Below are positions 14,007-23,339 of a DNA stretch of 64,000 nt, in pieces. The position numbers and the translations under genes were made by a program. Below the pieces are notes generated by a model that saw only the letters and a program-made list of their open reading frames with translations, ran no database searches and had not been told where the DNA came from. Location: the NCBI GenBank assembly GCA_963752475.1, contig CAVVYR010000006.1, positions 608,001-672,000 of the forward strand. Reading direction: 5' to 3'. How positions within the stretch are numbered: the first letter of the stretch is position 1; every line of letters starts with the position of its first letter. The stretch is from an uncultured Chloroflexia bacterium. GTDB taxonomy: Bacteria; Chloroflexota; Limnocylindria; Limnocylindrales; CSP1-4.

Positions 14007-14759
14007 TCAGGCGGAGGCGTCGGCCCCATCGACCGGCGCGGGGGTCGGGGCCCCGGGCCCGTCGCTCGCCTCGGGCGCGCGGGTCGGCTCAGGCGGGACG
14101 TACTCCCCAGGTGTGATGCGAATGGTCTCCACGAGCTCCGAGGCGGCGTCGAGGAAGCCACCGAACGGCACGCCAGGGAAGGCCTCGATGGCGATGACGA
14201 TGACGTCGCCGTCCACATCGAGGATGAGGAAGCGCGACTGCTGGTTGGCCATCTGGAGGAACTCGCCGCCGTCGGTCACGGGGATGGCCCAGATGAGCAC
14301 GTAGGGGAGGTTGCATTCGGCATACGTCGGAACGCCGATGTCGAGCGACAGGCCGCTGAAGCCATCGACATCGATGACGTCGGGCACGCCCGGGTTGAGG
14401 TACGGGTTGCCCGCGAGGATCTCAGCCAGACGGCTGACCGAGGGCTCGACGATGGTCATCGAACTGGGGTCGCACGAGTCAAGGAAGGCCTCGCCGTCGA
14501 AGCGGGTGAAGCTGAGCACGCTGCCCGGCGCACCGATGTACTCGAGTGTGAAGATGGGACCGTTACCCGAGGGCCCGACGATCCACATGTCGTCGGCTTC
14601 GAACTCGATGATGGGGCCCACGAAGTCGCTGCTGTAGCGTCCCGACTCGAGGATCGCGCCGGCCTCAGGCAGCTCGTCGGCGAGCGTGTCCTGGCCGAAG
14701 GTGGCCGCTGGCAGCATGAGAAGGCCGGCAGCGACAGCCAGGAGCGAGGTGCGTCGCAT
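14007..14759 (-). CDS. Secreted hypothetical protein
   Basis: Signal peptide MRRTSLLAVAAGLLMLPAATFG-Q; two Cys; Pro-rich tail. Confidence 0.75.
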   Translation of the reverse strand: MRRTSLLAVAAGLLMLPAATFGQDTLADELPEAGAILESGRYSSDFVGPIIEFEADDMWIVGPSGNGPIFTLEYIGAPGSVLSFTRFDGEAFLDSCDPSSMTIVEPSVSRLAEILAGNPYLNPGVPDVIDVDGFSGLSLDIGVPTYAECNLPYVLIWAIPVTDGGEFLQMANQQSRFLILDVDGDVIVIAIEAFPGVPFGGFLDAASELVETIRITPGEYVPPEPTRAPEASDGPGAPTPAPVDGADASA

Positions 14760-14769
14760 CGTCGATGCT

Positions 14770-15564
14770 CTAGCCGGCGCTCTCGGCGGCGGCCACGATG
14801 GCAGCGTTGAGGTCATCCCAGGTGGGTGCGACGAGGAGCTCGCCATTGACCACGACGCTGGGCGTGCTACTCACGCCGTAGCTGGTCCCCAGCTCTTGTG
14901 ACTCGGTCACGGCCTCGCGCAGGGACTCGTCGTCGAGTAGTTCACGGAAGGCCTCGCGGTCGAGGCCCACGGACTCGGCGATGTCCACGTACCAGTCCCG
15001 GGTGAAGAGCCCGTCTTCGGCGTTGTGGTAGAGCACGTGGTGGTAGTCCCAGAAGGCCTCGTCGAGCTCGTCAGCGGCACGCATGGCCACCGCGGCATCG
15101 AAGGAATCCTCGCCGAAGATGATGTAGTCGTGGTACCTCAGCGAGGCCGTGCCGTCGGTCACGTGCTCGGCGATGATGAGCGGCTCCACGCGCTCGGTGA
15201 ACGTCTGGCAGTGCGGGCACTGGACGTCCTCGAAGATCTCGACCGAGACGCTGGGCGTGGCGCCATCGGCCACGAGCGTCAGCCCATCCCGCAGCTCTTC
15301 GGCAGGCGCCGGCGTGTCGGGCTCTTCGATGGCCGCGGTCTCGCTGCCCCCGAGCGCTCCGCTCATGACCAGCAGGACGGCCACGAGCACGATACCGATG
15401 GAGATCGCAGCCACGCTCACGATCGCCATCGAGGGACCAGAGCTGCCGCTGGCGGTGGCGGTGGCAGCGCTGGTCTTGCCGCTCTTGCGGGCGGAACGCT
15501 CGGCGGCTCGACGCTGCTTGCGCGTCATGTTGCCGTCGGAGGACTGCTTGTCGTTCGAGCTCAT
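14770..15564 (-). CDS. DsbA family membrane-anchored thiol-disulfide oxidoreductase
   Basis: N-terminal TM; FEDVQCPHC; STPSVVVNG cis-Pro loop. Confidence 0.92.
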   Translation of the reverse strand: MSSNDKQSSDGNMTRKQRRAAERSARKSGKTSAATATASGSSGPSMAIVSVAAISIGIVLVAVLLVMSGALGGSETAAIEEPDTPAPAEELRDGLTLVADGATPSVSVEIFEDVQCPHCQTFTERVEPLIIAEHVTDGTASLRYHDYIIFGEDSFDAAVAMRAADELDEAFWDYHHVLYHNAEDGLFTRDWYVDIAESVGLDREAFRELLDDESLREAVTESQELGTSYGVSSTPSVVVNGELLVAPTWDDLNAAIVAAAESAG

Positions 15565-15682
15565 CGAGGGATCACCTTGCGGGGGTTCGGCCAGGAGGCC
15601 TCAGGATACGGCCGAGCGCAGGATGACGCAGAAGTGAGAGTGAAGCACTGTGTGATGGCACAGCCTGACGGCTGCGGGTCGG

Positions 15683-16117
15683 TCAGCCAGCCGCGTGTCG
15701 GTCAGGCGCTAGCACGCGTCTGGCCACGACCACGTCAGCGTGGGCGTTGGCCGCGACGTGAGCGGTCACGCTGTCCATCCAGGAGTGTCCATTACGTCCA
15801 GGGCGGTTGCCGCCGACGACGATGGTGTCGTAGCCGCGTTCGTCGGCCAGGCGCTCGATCGTCTGGGCCGGGTCTCCGGCGGGCTCGATGAGGCCGGCCT
15901 CGATGCCGAGGCGGCGCAGGACGGTCCGCGCCTCCACGAGCTCACGGGCATGCTCGACCGCCGGTTCCTTGACTCCAGCCTCGACGGCCCCGAATCCCTC
16001 GGGTACGACGCTCACGACGTCCACACGACCATCGAACGTGGTCGCCAGACGGGCGGCCATCTCGAGCGCGCGTTGCCCGGCCTCCTGTCCGTCATAGGCC
16101 ACCAGGATCTTCTTCAT
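15683..16117 (-). CDS. Universal stress protein
   Basis: KKILVAYDG, GDPA..I, DTIVVG and SVTAHV motifs; GGAGGG RBS. Confidence 0.9.
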   Translation of the reverse strand: MKKILVAYDGQEAGQRALEMAARLATTFDGRVDVVSVVPEGFGAVEAGVKEPAVEHARELVEARTVLRRLGIEAGLIEPAGDPAQTIERLADERGYDTIVVGGNRPGRNGHSWMDSVTAHVAANAHADVVVARRVLAPDRHAAG

Positions 16118-16232
16118 CCGGCCGTCCCTCCCAGGCGCTCGCGCGGTCATCGCGGATCGGTGTCCCGTCGATCTGCCCGCCATGGTCCTGCCGGGAGGTC
16201 ATGACGGACAGGTCCGATCCGTCACCAGCGTG

Positions 16233-16246
16233 GGGCCGAAGGTCCC
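16233..16246. promoter_or_regulatory. DosR/DevR-type box
   Basis: GGGAC-CTTC-GGCCC on the minus strand, upstream of the usp gene. Confidence 0.6.
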
Positions 16247-16474
16247 GTTCAGCGAAGAGCCCGGAGACGAGATCACGGCGTCCCGGTCGGACCGAGACGC
16301 CGCGTCGGGCAGCAAGAGGAGGTGGCACTCGCCCGCTCCCCCCGATGGGTTGCCCCATCGCGGGCGAGCACCTTCCGTAGGTGGACGACCGGTCAAGGAG
16401 TCATCCACGAACGAACGAGATGATCGTCTCGTTCGTGATCGGAGTTGGCGATGGCCGGATGGCACATGTCGCCC

Positions 16475-16488
16475 GGGCCGATCGGCCC
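16475..16488. promoter_or_regulatory. DosR/DevR-type box
   Basis: Perfect palindrome GGGCC-GATC-GGCCC upstream of rrf2. Confidence 0.5.
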
Positions 16489-16592
16489 ACGGCTTGTGCC
16501 AGCACATAGGTATGCGAATCGGTGCATGCGGCACCTCCGGGTATGACGTTCGGACTTCCGCAACAGGGCCTTGCCGTGCGAAACTACGAGCA

Positions 16593-17045
16593 ATGAGGTT
16601 GGAATTGACGCATCGCGGCTCCTACGCCATCCGGGCCGTGCTCACGCTGGCGCGTGCGGACAAGGGCGAAGTCGTCCCTGCTCGGCACATCGCCAAGGAG
16701 ATGGACATCCCCGTTCGGTTCCTGCCGCAGGTACTCGGGGATCTGAACCGTGCTGGCATCGTGGAGGCTCGCCTCGGTCGCGCCGGCGGCTACCGGCTGT
16801 CGAAGCCGGCTTCGGAGATCTCCCTGCTCGACATCATCCAGGCGGCTGAGGGTGACGCGCGCCGGCAGACGTGCGTCCTCTCGGGCAAGCCCTGCGACGG
16901 CAACGACCCGTGCGATGTCCACGACATGTTCTTCGAGGCCCAGGAGGCTATCCTCCAGCGGCTCGACGGCGTGTCCGTGGCAGACGTCGTGGCCGACAGC
17001 ACCAAGTCGCCTGTGCCCGTTCACGGAGCGGAAGCGAACGCCTGA
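16593..17045 (+). CDS. Rrf2 family regulator with probable Fe-S ligands
   Basis: YAIRA, GRAGGYRL..ISLLDII and C-x6-C-x5-C-x2-H motifs. Confidence 0.93.
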   Translation: MRLELTHRGSYAIRAVLTLARADKGEVVPARHIAKEMDIPVRFLPQVLGDLNRAGIVEARLGRAGGYRLSKPASEISLLDIIQAAEGDARRQTCVLSGKPCDGNDPCDVHDMFFEAQEAILQRLDGVSVADVVADSTKSPVPVHGAEANA

Positions 17046-17096
17046 GTCCCGGGAACCGGCCGGCGGGGAACCGGCCGGCGATGGGGGAGCGGAGTC

Positions 17097-17816
17097 CTAG
17101 AAGCTCGACCCCGGCTTGTGCTTGGCCACGTACGCGGCCGCCTGCGCACGCCGCTGGAGGTTCAGCTTGGAGAGGATCGACGAGACGTAGTTCTTGACCG
17201 TCTTGTCCGAGAGGTAGACCTCGGCCGCGATCTCCTTGTTCGTCTTGCCCTCCGCTACCAGCAGCAGGATCTTCTGCTCCTGGGCCGTCAGCTGCGCGAA
17301 CTCGTCGGTGTAGGCGCTGGTGGCGATGCGGCGCACGCGCTCCAGGACCTTCTCGGTCACTGCCGGATCGAGCAGTGACTCGCCTCGGCCCACGGCCTCG
17401 AGGGCGTTGACGAGATCGCGCGCACGCACCTGCTTGAGCAGATAGCCGCTGGCACCCGCGACGATGGCCGAGAGCACGGCTTCCTCGTCGGGGTAGCTGG
17501 TGAGCATGACCACGCGCACATCGGGGTACTCGGCGCGGATGTCGCGGCAGGCCTCGATGCCCGACCCGTCCGGCAGCCGCACGTCCATGATCACGAGGTC
17601 CGGCGCGAAGCGCTCGACGGCGCTGAGGGCTTCCTCGACCGTGCCTGCCTCAGCCACGACCTGGAAGGCATCGCGGCGGTTGAGCAACGCCGCCAGACCC
17701 TGCCGCACGACCTCGTGGTCGTCGACCACGAGCAGGCGCAGCTTCTTGGCCGGAGCGGCCTTGTCATCCGCGCCCGGGCTCTTGGGGATGCCCTGGGACT
17801 CGGTCGGGTCGGTCAT
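17097..17816 (-). CDS. NarL/LuxR family response regulator, DosR/DevR-like
   Basis: VDDHEVVRQGL, MDVRLPDGSG and TNKEIA..LSDKTVKNYVSSIL motifs. Confidence 0.93.
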   Translation of the reverse strand: MTDPTESQGIPKSPGADDKAAPAKKLRLLVVDDHEVVRQGLAALLNRRDAFQVVAEAGTVEEALSAVERFAPDLVIMDVRLPDGSGIEACRDIRAEYPDVRVVMLTSYPDEEAVLSAIVAGASGYLLKQVRARDLVNALEAVGRGESLLDPAVTEKVLERVRRIATSAYTDEFAQLTAQEQKILLLVAEGKTNKEIAAEVYLSDKTVKNYVSSILSKLNLQRRAQAAAYVAKHKPGSSF

Positions 17817-19063
17817 TGGCTGGACTCCTTGACTCGGCCGCGCTCTCCCCGCGGCATCTCGAAGACGACCCGGGTACCGTCGTCGTCGCTGTGGATCGTG
17901 AGCGAGCCGCCAAGTGAGTCGGCTCGGGCGTGCATGTTGGTGAGGCCGTGGTGGCCAGGACGCTGTCCTTCGCCGGTATCGAAGCCGCGACCGTCGTCGA
18001 TGATAGACAGCCGCAGCCATTCGCGACGGTCCTCGACATTGACCACCACCTTGGAAGCCTCCGCGTGGCGGGCCACGTTGCTCATCGCTTCACGCGTGAG
18101 CTGCACCAGCTGGAGGGTCTCGTCCGGATCGAGTGGCACGTCCGGATCGCTCGACAGCTCGACTTCGATGAGCGTGCTGCGCTCGAACTCGTCGGTCAGG
18201 GCAGCCAGGCCCGAGAGCAGGTCGACGGCCGTGCGGGCGTCAGGGTCAAGGCCCATGATGAAGTCGCGGATCTCCTGGATGGTGCCGTGGATCTGGTCGA
18301 TGGCATGGTCGATGCGCTCGGCCGCCTGGTCGCGATCGCTGGCCATCAGCTCTTCGGTGTCCTCGAGGGCGAGGCTGACCGCGTAGAGCGATTGGATGGA
18401 GCCGTCGTGCAGGTCCTGCGCGATCCGCTCGCGCTCCTGCAGCACCGCCAGCTGGCGCAGCTCCTCGTGCATGCGTGCGTTGTGGATGGCCAGGCCGGCG
18501 TGGCGGGCGAAGGACTCGACCAGGCGCTCGTCGTCCTCGCTGAAGGGCTGATCATCGAGGCGGTCGCTGAGATAGAGGTTGCCGATGGCCCGGCCCTCGA
18601 CCTTGACCGGCACGCTCAGGAGCGTCGTCATCGGTGGATGTTCGGCCGGGAAGCCGGCGCTGCGTGGATCGGCTGCGATGTCGTCACTGCGGACGGTGTC
18701 GTTGTCGCGAAGGCTGATACCCAGCAGCCCCTTGCCCCGAGGTGGATGAGCAACGGCTGCGCGGCGCTGCTCGCTCAGGCCGCTGGTGATGAATCGCTCC
18801 ATCGAGCCGTGGTCGTCGGGGATCCCCAGCGCCGCGTAGCGGGTGCCGACGAGCGGGCGCACGCTGTCGACGATGATCTGCAGCACGCGCTCGAGGCCCA
18901 GTTCCTGCGAGATGGCCACGGTGGCCGCGTCAAGCGCCTCGAGGCGGCGGCGGGCCTCGTTGGCCGCGGCGGCCCAGTCCTCGGCCTCTCGGATCGCTGC
19001 GGCAAACTGTTCTGTGGTCGGGGTGTCCCCGGCGCTGCTCGCGGTGGCAGTAGCTCGTTCCAT
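17813..19063 (-). CDS. GAF-domain HisKA_3 sensor kinase, DosS/DevS-like
   Basis: GFPAEHPPM, ERERIAQDLHD, EAMSNVARHA and DDGRGF motifs. Confidence 0.92.
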   Translation of the reverse strand: MERATATASSAGDTPTTEQFAAAIREAEDWAAAANEARRRLEALDAATVAISQELGLERVLQIIVDSVRPLVGTRYAALGIPDDHGSMERFITSGLSEQRRAAVAHPPRGKGLLGISLRDNDTVRSDDIAADPRSAGFPAEHPPMTTLLSVPVKVEGRAIGNLYLSDRLDDQPFSEDDERLVESFARHAGLAIHNARMHEELRQLAVLQERERIAQDLHDGSIQSLYAVSLALEDTEELMASDRDQAAERIDHAIDQIHGTIQEIRDFIMGLDPDARTAVDLLSGLAALTDEFERSTLIEVELSSDPDVPLDPDETLQLVQLTREAMSNVARHAEASKVVVNVEDRREWLRLSIIDDGRGFDTGEGQRPGHHGLTNMHARADSLGGSLTIHSDDDGTRVVFEMPRGERGRVKESSQ

Positions 19064-19086
19064 CAGGCCCAATCTACCAGTCTGAC

Positions 19087-19100
19087 GTGACCAATGGCCC
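19087..19100. promoter_or_regulatory. DosR/DevR-type box
   Basis: GTGAC-CAAT-GGCCC in the divergent gap between kinase and oxidase; weaker second site 22 bp downstream. Confidence 0.55.
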
Positions 19101-19157
19101 CCTCCGCGTGTCCTGACGGCCCTGAAATCGCTCAGCGACCCGGTTACTCTTTCCGCC

Positions 19158-20489
19158 ATGGACGCGAAGGCTCAATCCCCCCTGTCCGACGAAGTCAACC
19201 CCACCGAAGACGCGATCGATGGTGCCATCGCGTCAGTGGCCGCCGAGGAGGCGGCGGCCGACCCCGACCGGATGGTGCCGGTCTCGCTCGGTGTAACCAG
19301 CCGGCGCGGCTTCCTGCGCGGTGCGCTCGCCGTGGCCGGCGGTACCGCGGCAGCAGCGGCCCTCGCGGCCTGCGCGCCGGCCAGCGGTAGCGCCTGGTCC
19401 TATGCACCGCTACGCACCCTGACGGCCGCAGCCGAGGGCAGTGAGAGCGCTCCGGCGGAGGGCGAGGGCGAGGCCGCGACAGAGACGACCGAACCCATGA
19501 CCGAGGAGCAGGCAGGATCCAGCGAGCCGATGCCCGCGGGCTGGACGGAGCACGACATGGCCGCGCGCGAGAAGGTGCGCCGTTTCGTGGGCAACCTGTC
19601 CGCCACGTTGGGCATGGCCGAGATCATCGGCGAGCCGGAGTACGACCCGGAGTTCACGACCGTCGATCATGGCAACCAGCCGCTCGAGCCGACCATCGAT
19701 GGAGACTGGAAGCAGTTCGACCTGACGGTCGACCAGATGGACTGGCAGATCGACGCCATGAAGGAGCCGGTCAAGGCACTCGGCTACAACGCCATGTGGC
19801 CCGGTCCGGCGCTGCGCGTGACCGAGGGTGACAAGGTCCGTATCAACGTCACCAACAACCTCGACGAGACCACCGGCGTGCACATGCACGGCATCGAGTT
19901 CGACAACTGGTACATGGACGGCATCCCGTTCCTGACCCAGTCGCCGATCATCCCGGGTGACACGTTCAGCTACGAATTCGTGGCCACGCCACACGGCTCA
20001 CACATGTACCACTCCCACCACAACGCTACCGACCAAGTCGGTCGCGGCCTGCTGGGCGCGCTCATCGTCGACCCCAAGGACGCCGCCGAGCGGTACGACC
20101 AGAAGTACGGCGTGACGCAGGAGTACATCTTCATCCACAACGATTCGCTGGGTGGTTTCACCATCAATGGCAAGGGCTTCCCGGCCACCGTGCCGATCAT
20201 CGCCAAGAAGGGCGAGCGCGTGCTCATCCGCTACCAGAACGAGGGCGTGATGATGCACCCGTGGCATACGCATGGCTTCCGCCAGCATGTGGTCGCTCGC
20301 GACGGTGCCCAACTGGGCAGCGCCAGCTTCTATTGCGACACACTTGGCGTGAACCCGGGAGAGCGCTTCGACACCATCGTCGAGTGCGATCGCGTGGGTG
20401 TGTGGGCGCTCCACTGCCACATCCTTCCGCACGTCGAAGGCCTCGATGGAATGTTCGGCATGGTCACGGCGCTCGTCGTCACCGAATAG
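19158..20489 (+). CDS. Two-domain multicopper oxidase with Tat signal
   Basis: SRRGFL and LAAC; copper motifs HMHG, YHSH, HPWHTHG and HCHILPH..GM. Confidence 0.9.
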   Translation: MDAKAQSPLSDEVNPTEDAIDGAIASVAAEEAAADPDRMVPVSLGVTSRRGFLRGALAVAGGTAAAAALAACAPASGSAWSYAPLRTLTAAAEGSESAPAEGEGEAATETTEPMTEEQAGSSEPMPAGWTEHDMAAREKVRRFVGNLSATLGMAEIIGEPEYDPEFTTVDHGNQPLEPTIDGDWKQFDLTVDQMDWQIDAMKEPVKALGYNAMWPGPALRVTEGDKVRINVTNNLDETTGVHMHGIEFDNWYMDGIPFLTQSPIIPGDTFSYEFVATPHGSHMYHSHHNATDQVGRGLLGALIVDPKDAAERYDQKYGVTQEYIFIHNDSLGGFTINGKGFPATVPIIAKKGERVLIRYQNEGVMMHPWHTHGFRQHVVARDGAQLGSASFYCDTLGVNPGERFDTIVECDRVGVWALHCHILPHVEGLDGMFGMVTALVVTE

Positions 20490-20531
20490 GCAGGCGGCCC
20501 TCGCAGGGCAGGCCTGTGTGACCCCAGAAAG

Positions 20532-20545
20532 GGTCCATGCGTCCC
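20532..20545. promoter_or_regulatory. DosR/DevR-type box
   Basis: GGGAC-GCAT-GGACC on the minus strand, upstream of the second usp; weaker site 21 bp upstream. Confidence 0.45.
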
Positions 20546-20578
20546 TACGCGTAACCCTCGGTGGGGCCCGAGGCTCAT

Positions 20579-21031
20579 ATGACGATGCGTCCGATCCGTA
20601 CGATCCTGCTTGCCACCGACCTCACCGCGGCTTCGCGGGAGGCGACCGACCGTGCCATCGACTTGGCTGCCCGACTCGAGGCGCGTCTGCTGATCGTGAA
20701 CGTGCTCGAGAAGCGTCGTCTCTCTGGTGGCGGCTCGCATGAGCGTGTGGACCAGGCCCGAAGCGAGCGTGAGTCCCTGCTGGTCAAGGTCGTGCGCGGA
20801 GCGCGAGATGCCGGTGTCACCGCCGAGTTCCTGGTGTGGGATGGTGAACCTGGCGACTCCATCGCCGCCGCCGCGGAGGCCGAGCATGCCGATCTGGTGG
20901 TGGTCGGGACGCGTGGCCGCAGCGGTGCGGAGCGGATGTTCCTCGGCTCGGTCTCCGATCATGTGGTGCGGCATGCCGAGTGTCCGGTGCTCGTGGTGCG
21001 ACCGTCGAAGCGACCCGCCGAGGTCGCCTGA
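20579..21031 (+). CDS. Universal stress protein
   Basis: ILLATD and DLVVVGTRGRSG..LGSVSDHVVRHAECPVLVV motifs. Confidence 0.95.
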   Translation: MTMRPIRTILLATDLTAASREATDRAIDLAARLEARLLIVNVLEKRRLSGGGSHERVDQARSERESLLVKVVRGARDAGVTAEFLVWDGEPGDSIAAAAEAEHADLVVVGTRGRSGAERMFLGSVSDHVVRHAECPVLVVRPSKRPAEVA

Positions 21032-21094
21032 GGGTCCCTCGGAACGGGCCCTGGCTCACAGACGGATCCAGCTGAGGAGCGCTAGCGTGTGCCC

Positions 21095-22000
21095 ATGCGT
21101 GCGCTGACCGTGGCCCTGGCCCTGCTGCTCGCGACCGTGCCCGTGTCGGCCGCGGACGAGGCCGGGTCGACGGGCGAGCTCGATGTCGTCCTGGACTCGA
21201 CCCAGCACTGGGTCGGCACGAATGACGTCCTTCTGAGCGTCTACGACGCCACCACCGGGGAGTCGCTCGCCGATGCCGCCAGCCCGCTCCGGCTGCGGTT
21301 CACCGCACCGGGCGGCGGGGTCATCAACAGTCAGCCGGCGATCGAGAAGTACGCGACCTACGGGCGTCGCCTCTACCGGGCGCGTGTCACGTTCGAGGAG
21401 CTCGGTGACTGGTCGGTCGCGGTGGAAGCGACCATCGAAGGGGAGGAGTACCACGGTGATGGGCGTCTGGAGGTGTGGCCGGACATGGGCACGCCCGCCC
21501 TCGATGCGCTCGTGCCCGGTGGAGACACCCCGACGATGCGTGATGCCCATAGCCTCATGCACCACATCAGTTCCGACCCCGAGCCATTGACCGCGTTCTA
21601 CACCTGGACGCTCGACGACGCCCTCGCGCAGCATCAGCCGACGGTGTTCGTGCTTGATTCCTACGCCTTCCGCCCCAACGCTGCCTGCGGTGGTGCGCTG
21701 GGCATCCTTCACGAGGTCTTCATCGACTACCCCGGTCTGACCGTCATCCACGCCGAGCCATGGCATATGGCCATGGGACGCGACGGACACATGCTCGAGC
21801 TCGACCCGCCCGGGGGGCCGGCCGTGCTCACCGACTACGCCGAGGCCTGGGGTATCGAGGAGCCGCCGTGGGTCTTCGTCATCGACCGGGACGGGCGCCT
21901 GCAAGCGAAGTTCACCGGCATCATCGGTAGCGACGAATTGCGGGCGGCGATCACCTCGGTGACGCCCTGGCGCCCGGTGGGCGGTGGAGGCTCGACCTAG
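21095..22000 (+). CDS. Secreted protein with beta-rich N-domain and C-terminal thioredoxin-like domain
   Basis: Signal peptide; EPPWVFVIDRDG..KFTG thioredoxin-like tail; single Cys. Confidence 0.7.
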   Translation: MRALTVALALLLATVPVSAADEAGSTGELDVVLDSTQHWVGTNDVLLSVYDATTGESLADAASPLRLRFTAPGGGVINSQPAIEKYATYGRRLYRARVTFEELGDWSVAVEATIEGEEYHGDGRLEVWPDMGTPALDALVPGGDTPTMRDAHSLMHHISSDPEPLTAFYTWTLDDALAQHQPTVFVLDSYAFRPNAACGGALGILHEVFIDYPGLTVIHAEPWHMAMGRDGHMLELDPPGGPAVLTDYAEAWGIEEPPWVFVIDRDGRLQAKFTGIIGSDELRAAITSVTPWRPVGGGGST

Positions 22001-23277
22001 GGGCTCTCGCCCGGTTCCACCCGCAGCTCCGCCTCTGCTTCCGCGATGCGGACCACGATGCCGTCGCGCAACTGGTCCAATCCGGCGTTGACGGCCTTGG
22101 CCGCGGTGCCGATGGTGGTCAGCTTCATCTTGAGCCCGCGCACCGCGTCGAGCTCGGCCCGGACTCGCTCGAGGGCCTCGTGGACCGCGTCCGCATCGAC
22201 GTCACCCTCGGTGTCACGAGTAACGGCCATGGCCAGTAGGCGAGCCAGGCGCACGGCGGCATCGAGCGTCGCGGGCTCGGGGTCGTCAGGGTCGATGGCG
22301 CAGTAGACGTCACCCATGCGCACATCGAAGGGCGCGATCCCGGCGGGTGCGTGTGCGGTGCTGAAGACCACGAGCCCGACGGCGGCATCGCGGTTGCGCT
22401 TGGCCTCCGAGATCTCGTCGCGCATGGCGCGACCGCTGATGGCACGGTCCTTGGCCTCGACCACGATGCGCACCGCGGAGCCCCGCGTGGTGGCCGGATC
22501 GACCGTCAGGACGAAATCACCCTTCTTGGAGCGCAGGATGTTGCCAGCCTCGTCCGAGGTGCGCTCGACGAGGTGGTCCGTGCCACGGACCGTATCCGAG
22601 AGCATGCCCTCGAGCAGGTCCTCGAAGTCGGCACCCTTCGCGGCTGACCTGGAGCGCTCGTCGGCACGTGCCGTGGCCGCCGCCTCGATGGCCGCGAGGC
22701 GCTCGTTGAGGGCCTCGAAGCCCTTGCTTACCTCGCTGCGGAACTGGTGCAGCGGCGAGCCCATGCGCGTGGGGTCGAGCAACTGCGCCAGGCGCGAAGC
22801 GTCGCCGTCGAAGTAGTTGCCCAGTAGTACGCGCATACGGCCGATGGCCGAGTCGCGCCGCTCTTCATCGAAGAGCTCGCGGGTGAACGAGCGCAGCTGT
22901 CCACGGTCGCCTAGGAAGGTCTCCAGGGTGCGCGGCAGGCGTCCGTCGCCATCGGCGAAGTTCTGGCGCAGGACCTCGTCGACCTGGGCCGCGACGCGTT
23001 CGTTGAGCGTCGCCGTCTGGCGCACCATGGACTCGAACTCACGGCGCACGACATCGACGTCGAGCGAGGCGCCGGCGTCCTGCAGGGCCAGCAGCCCGAT
23101 GCGCAGCGCCCGCACGATGAGCTCCGGGCGGTCGTCGGCCGGACGGTCCGCCACGAACGTGGCCAGGCCCTGGTCGGCGAGGCTGAGCGACTCGATGGTG
23201 ATGTGCTCGCCACTGACCGAGACGTGGCTGCGGCTGACGGGAACGTCAGCGAGCGAGACGATGTTCGTGGCTTCCAT
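21997..23277 (-). CDS. Coiled-coil protein with C-terminal PD-(D/E)XK-like domain (RmuC/DUF2130-like)
   Basis: KGADFE..KKGDFVL..IVVEAKD motif following a long helical region. Confidence 0.65.
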   Translation of the reverse strand: MEATNIVSLADVPVSRSHVSVSGEHITIESLSLADQGLATFVADRPADDRPELIVRALRIGLLALQDAGASLDVDVVRREFESMVRQTATLNERVAAQVDEVLRQNFADGDGRLPRTLETFLGDRGQLRSFTRELFDEERRDSAIGRMRVLLGNYFDGDASRLAQLLDPTRMGSPLHQFRSEVSKGFEALNERLAAIEAAATARADERSRSAAKGADFEDLLEGMLSDTVRGTDHLVERTSDEAGNILRSKKGDFVLTVDPATTRGSAVRIVVEAKDRAISGRAMRDEISEAKRNRDAAVGLVVFSTAHAPAGIAPFDVRMGDVYCAIDPDDPEPATLDAAVRLARLLAMAVTRDTEGDVDADAVHEALERVRAELDAVRGLKMKLTTIGTAAKAVNAGLDQLRDGIVVRIAEAEAELRVEPGESP

Positions 23278-23339
23278 GCCCCCACCGTGTCGACCGTCTG
23301 TGCCAGCTTGCGTGTCACGCGCTCGACTACCCTGTTCCG

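Noticed and set aside
17051-17080. 15-bp tandem duplication gggaaccggccggcg
   Set aside because: Probably a terminator hairpin or slippage between convergent genes; no further significance seen
19158-20489. Calling the copper protein NirK
   Set aside because: NirK has its T1 Cys in domain 1; here it is in domain 2 and trinuclear-site HxH motifs are present
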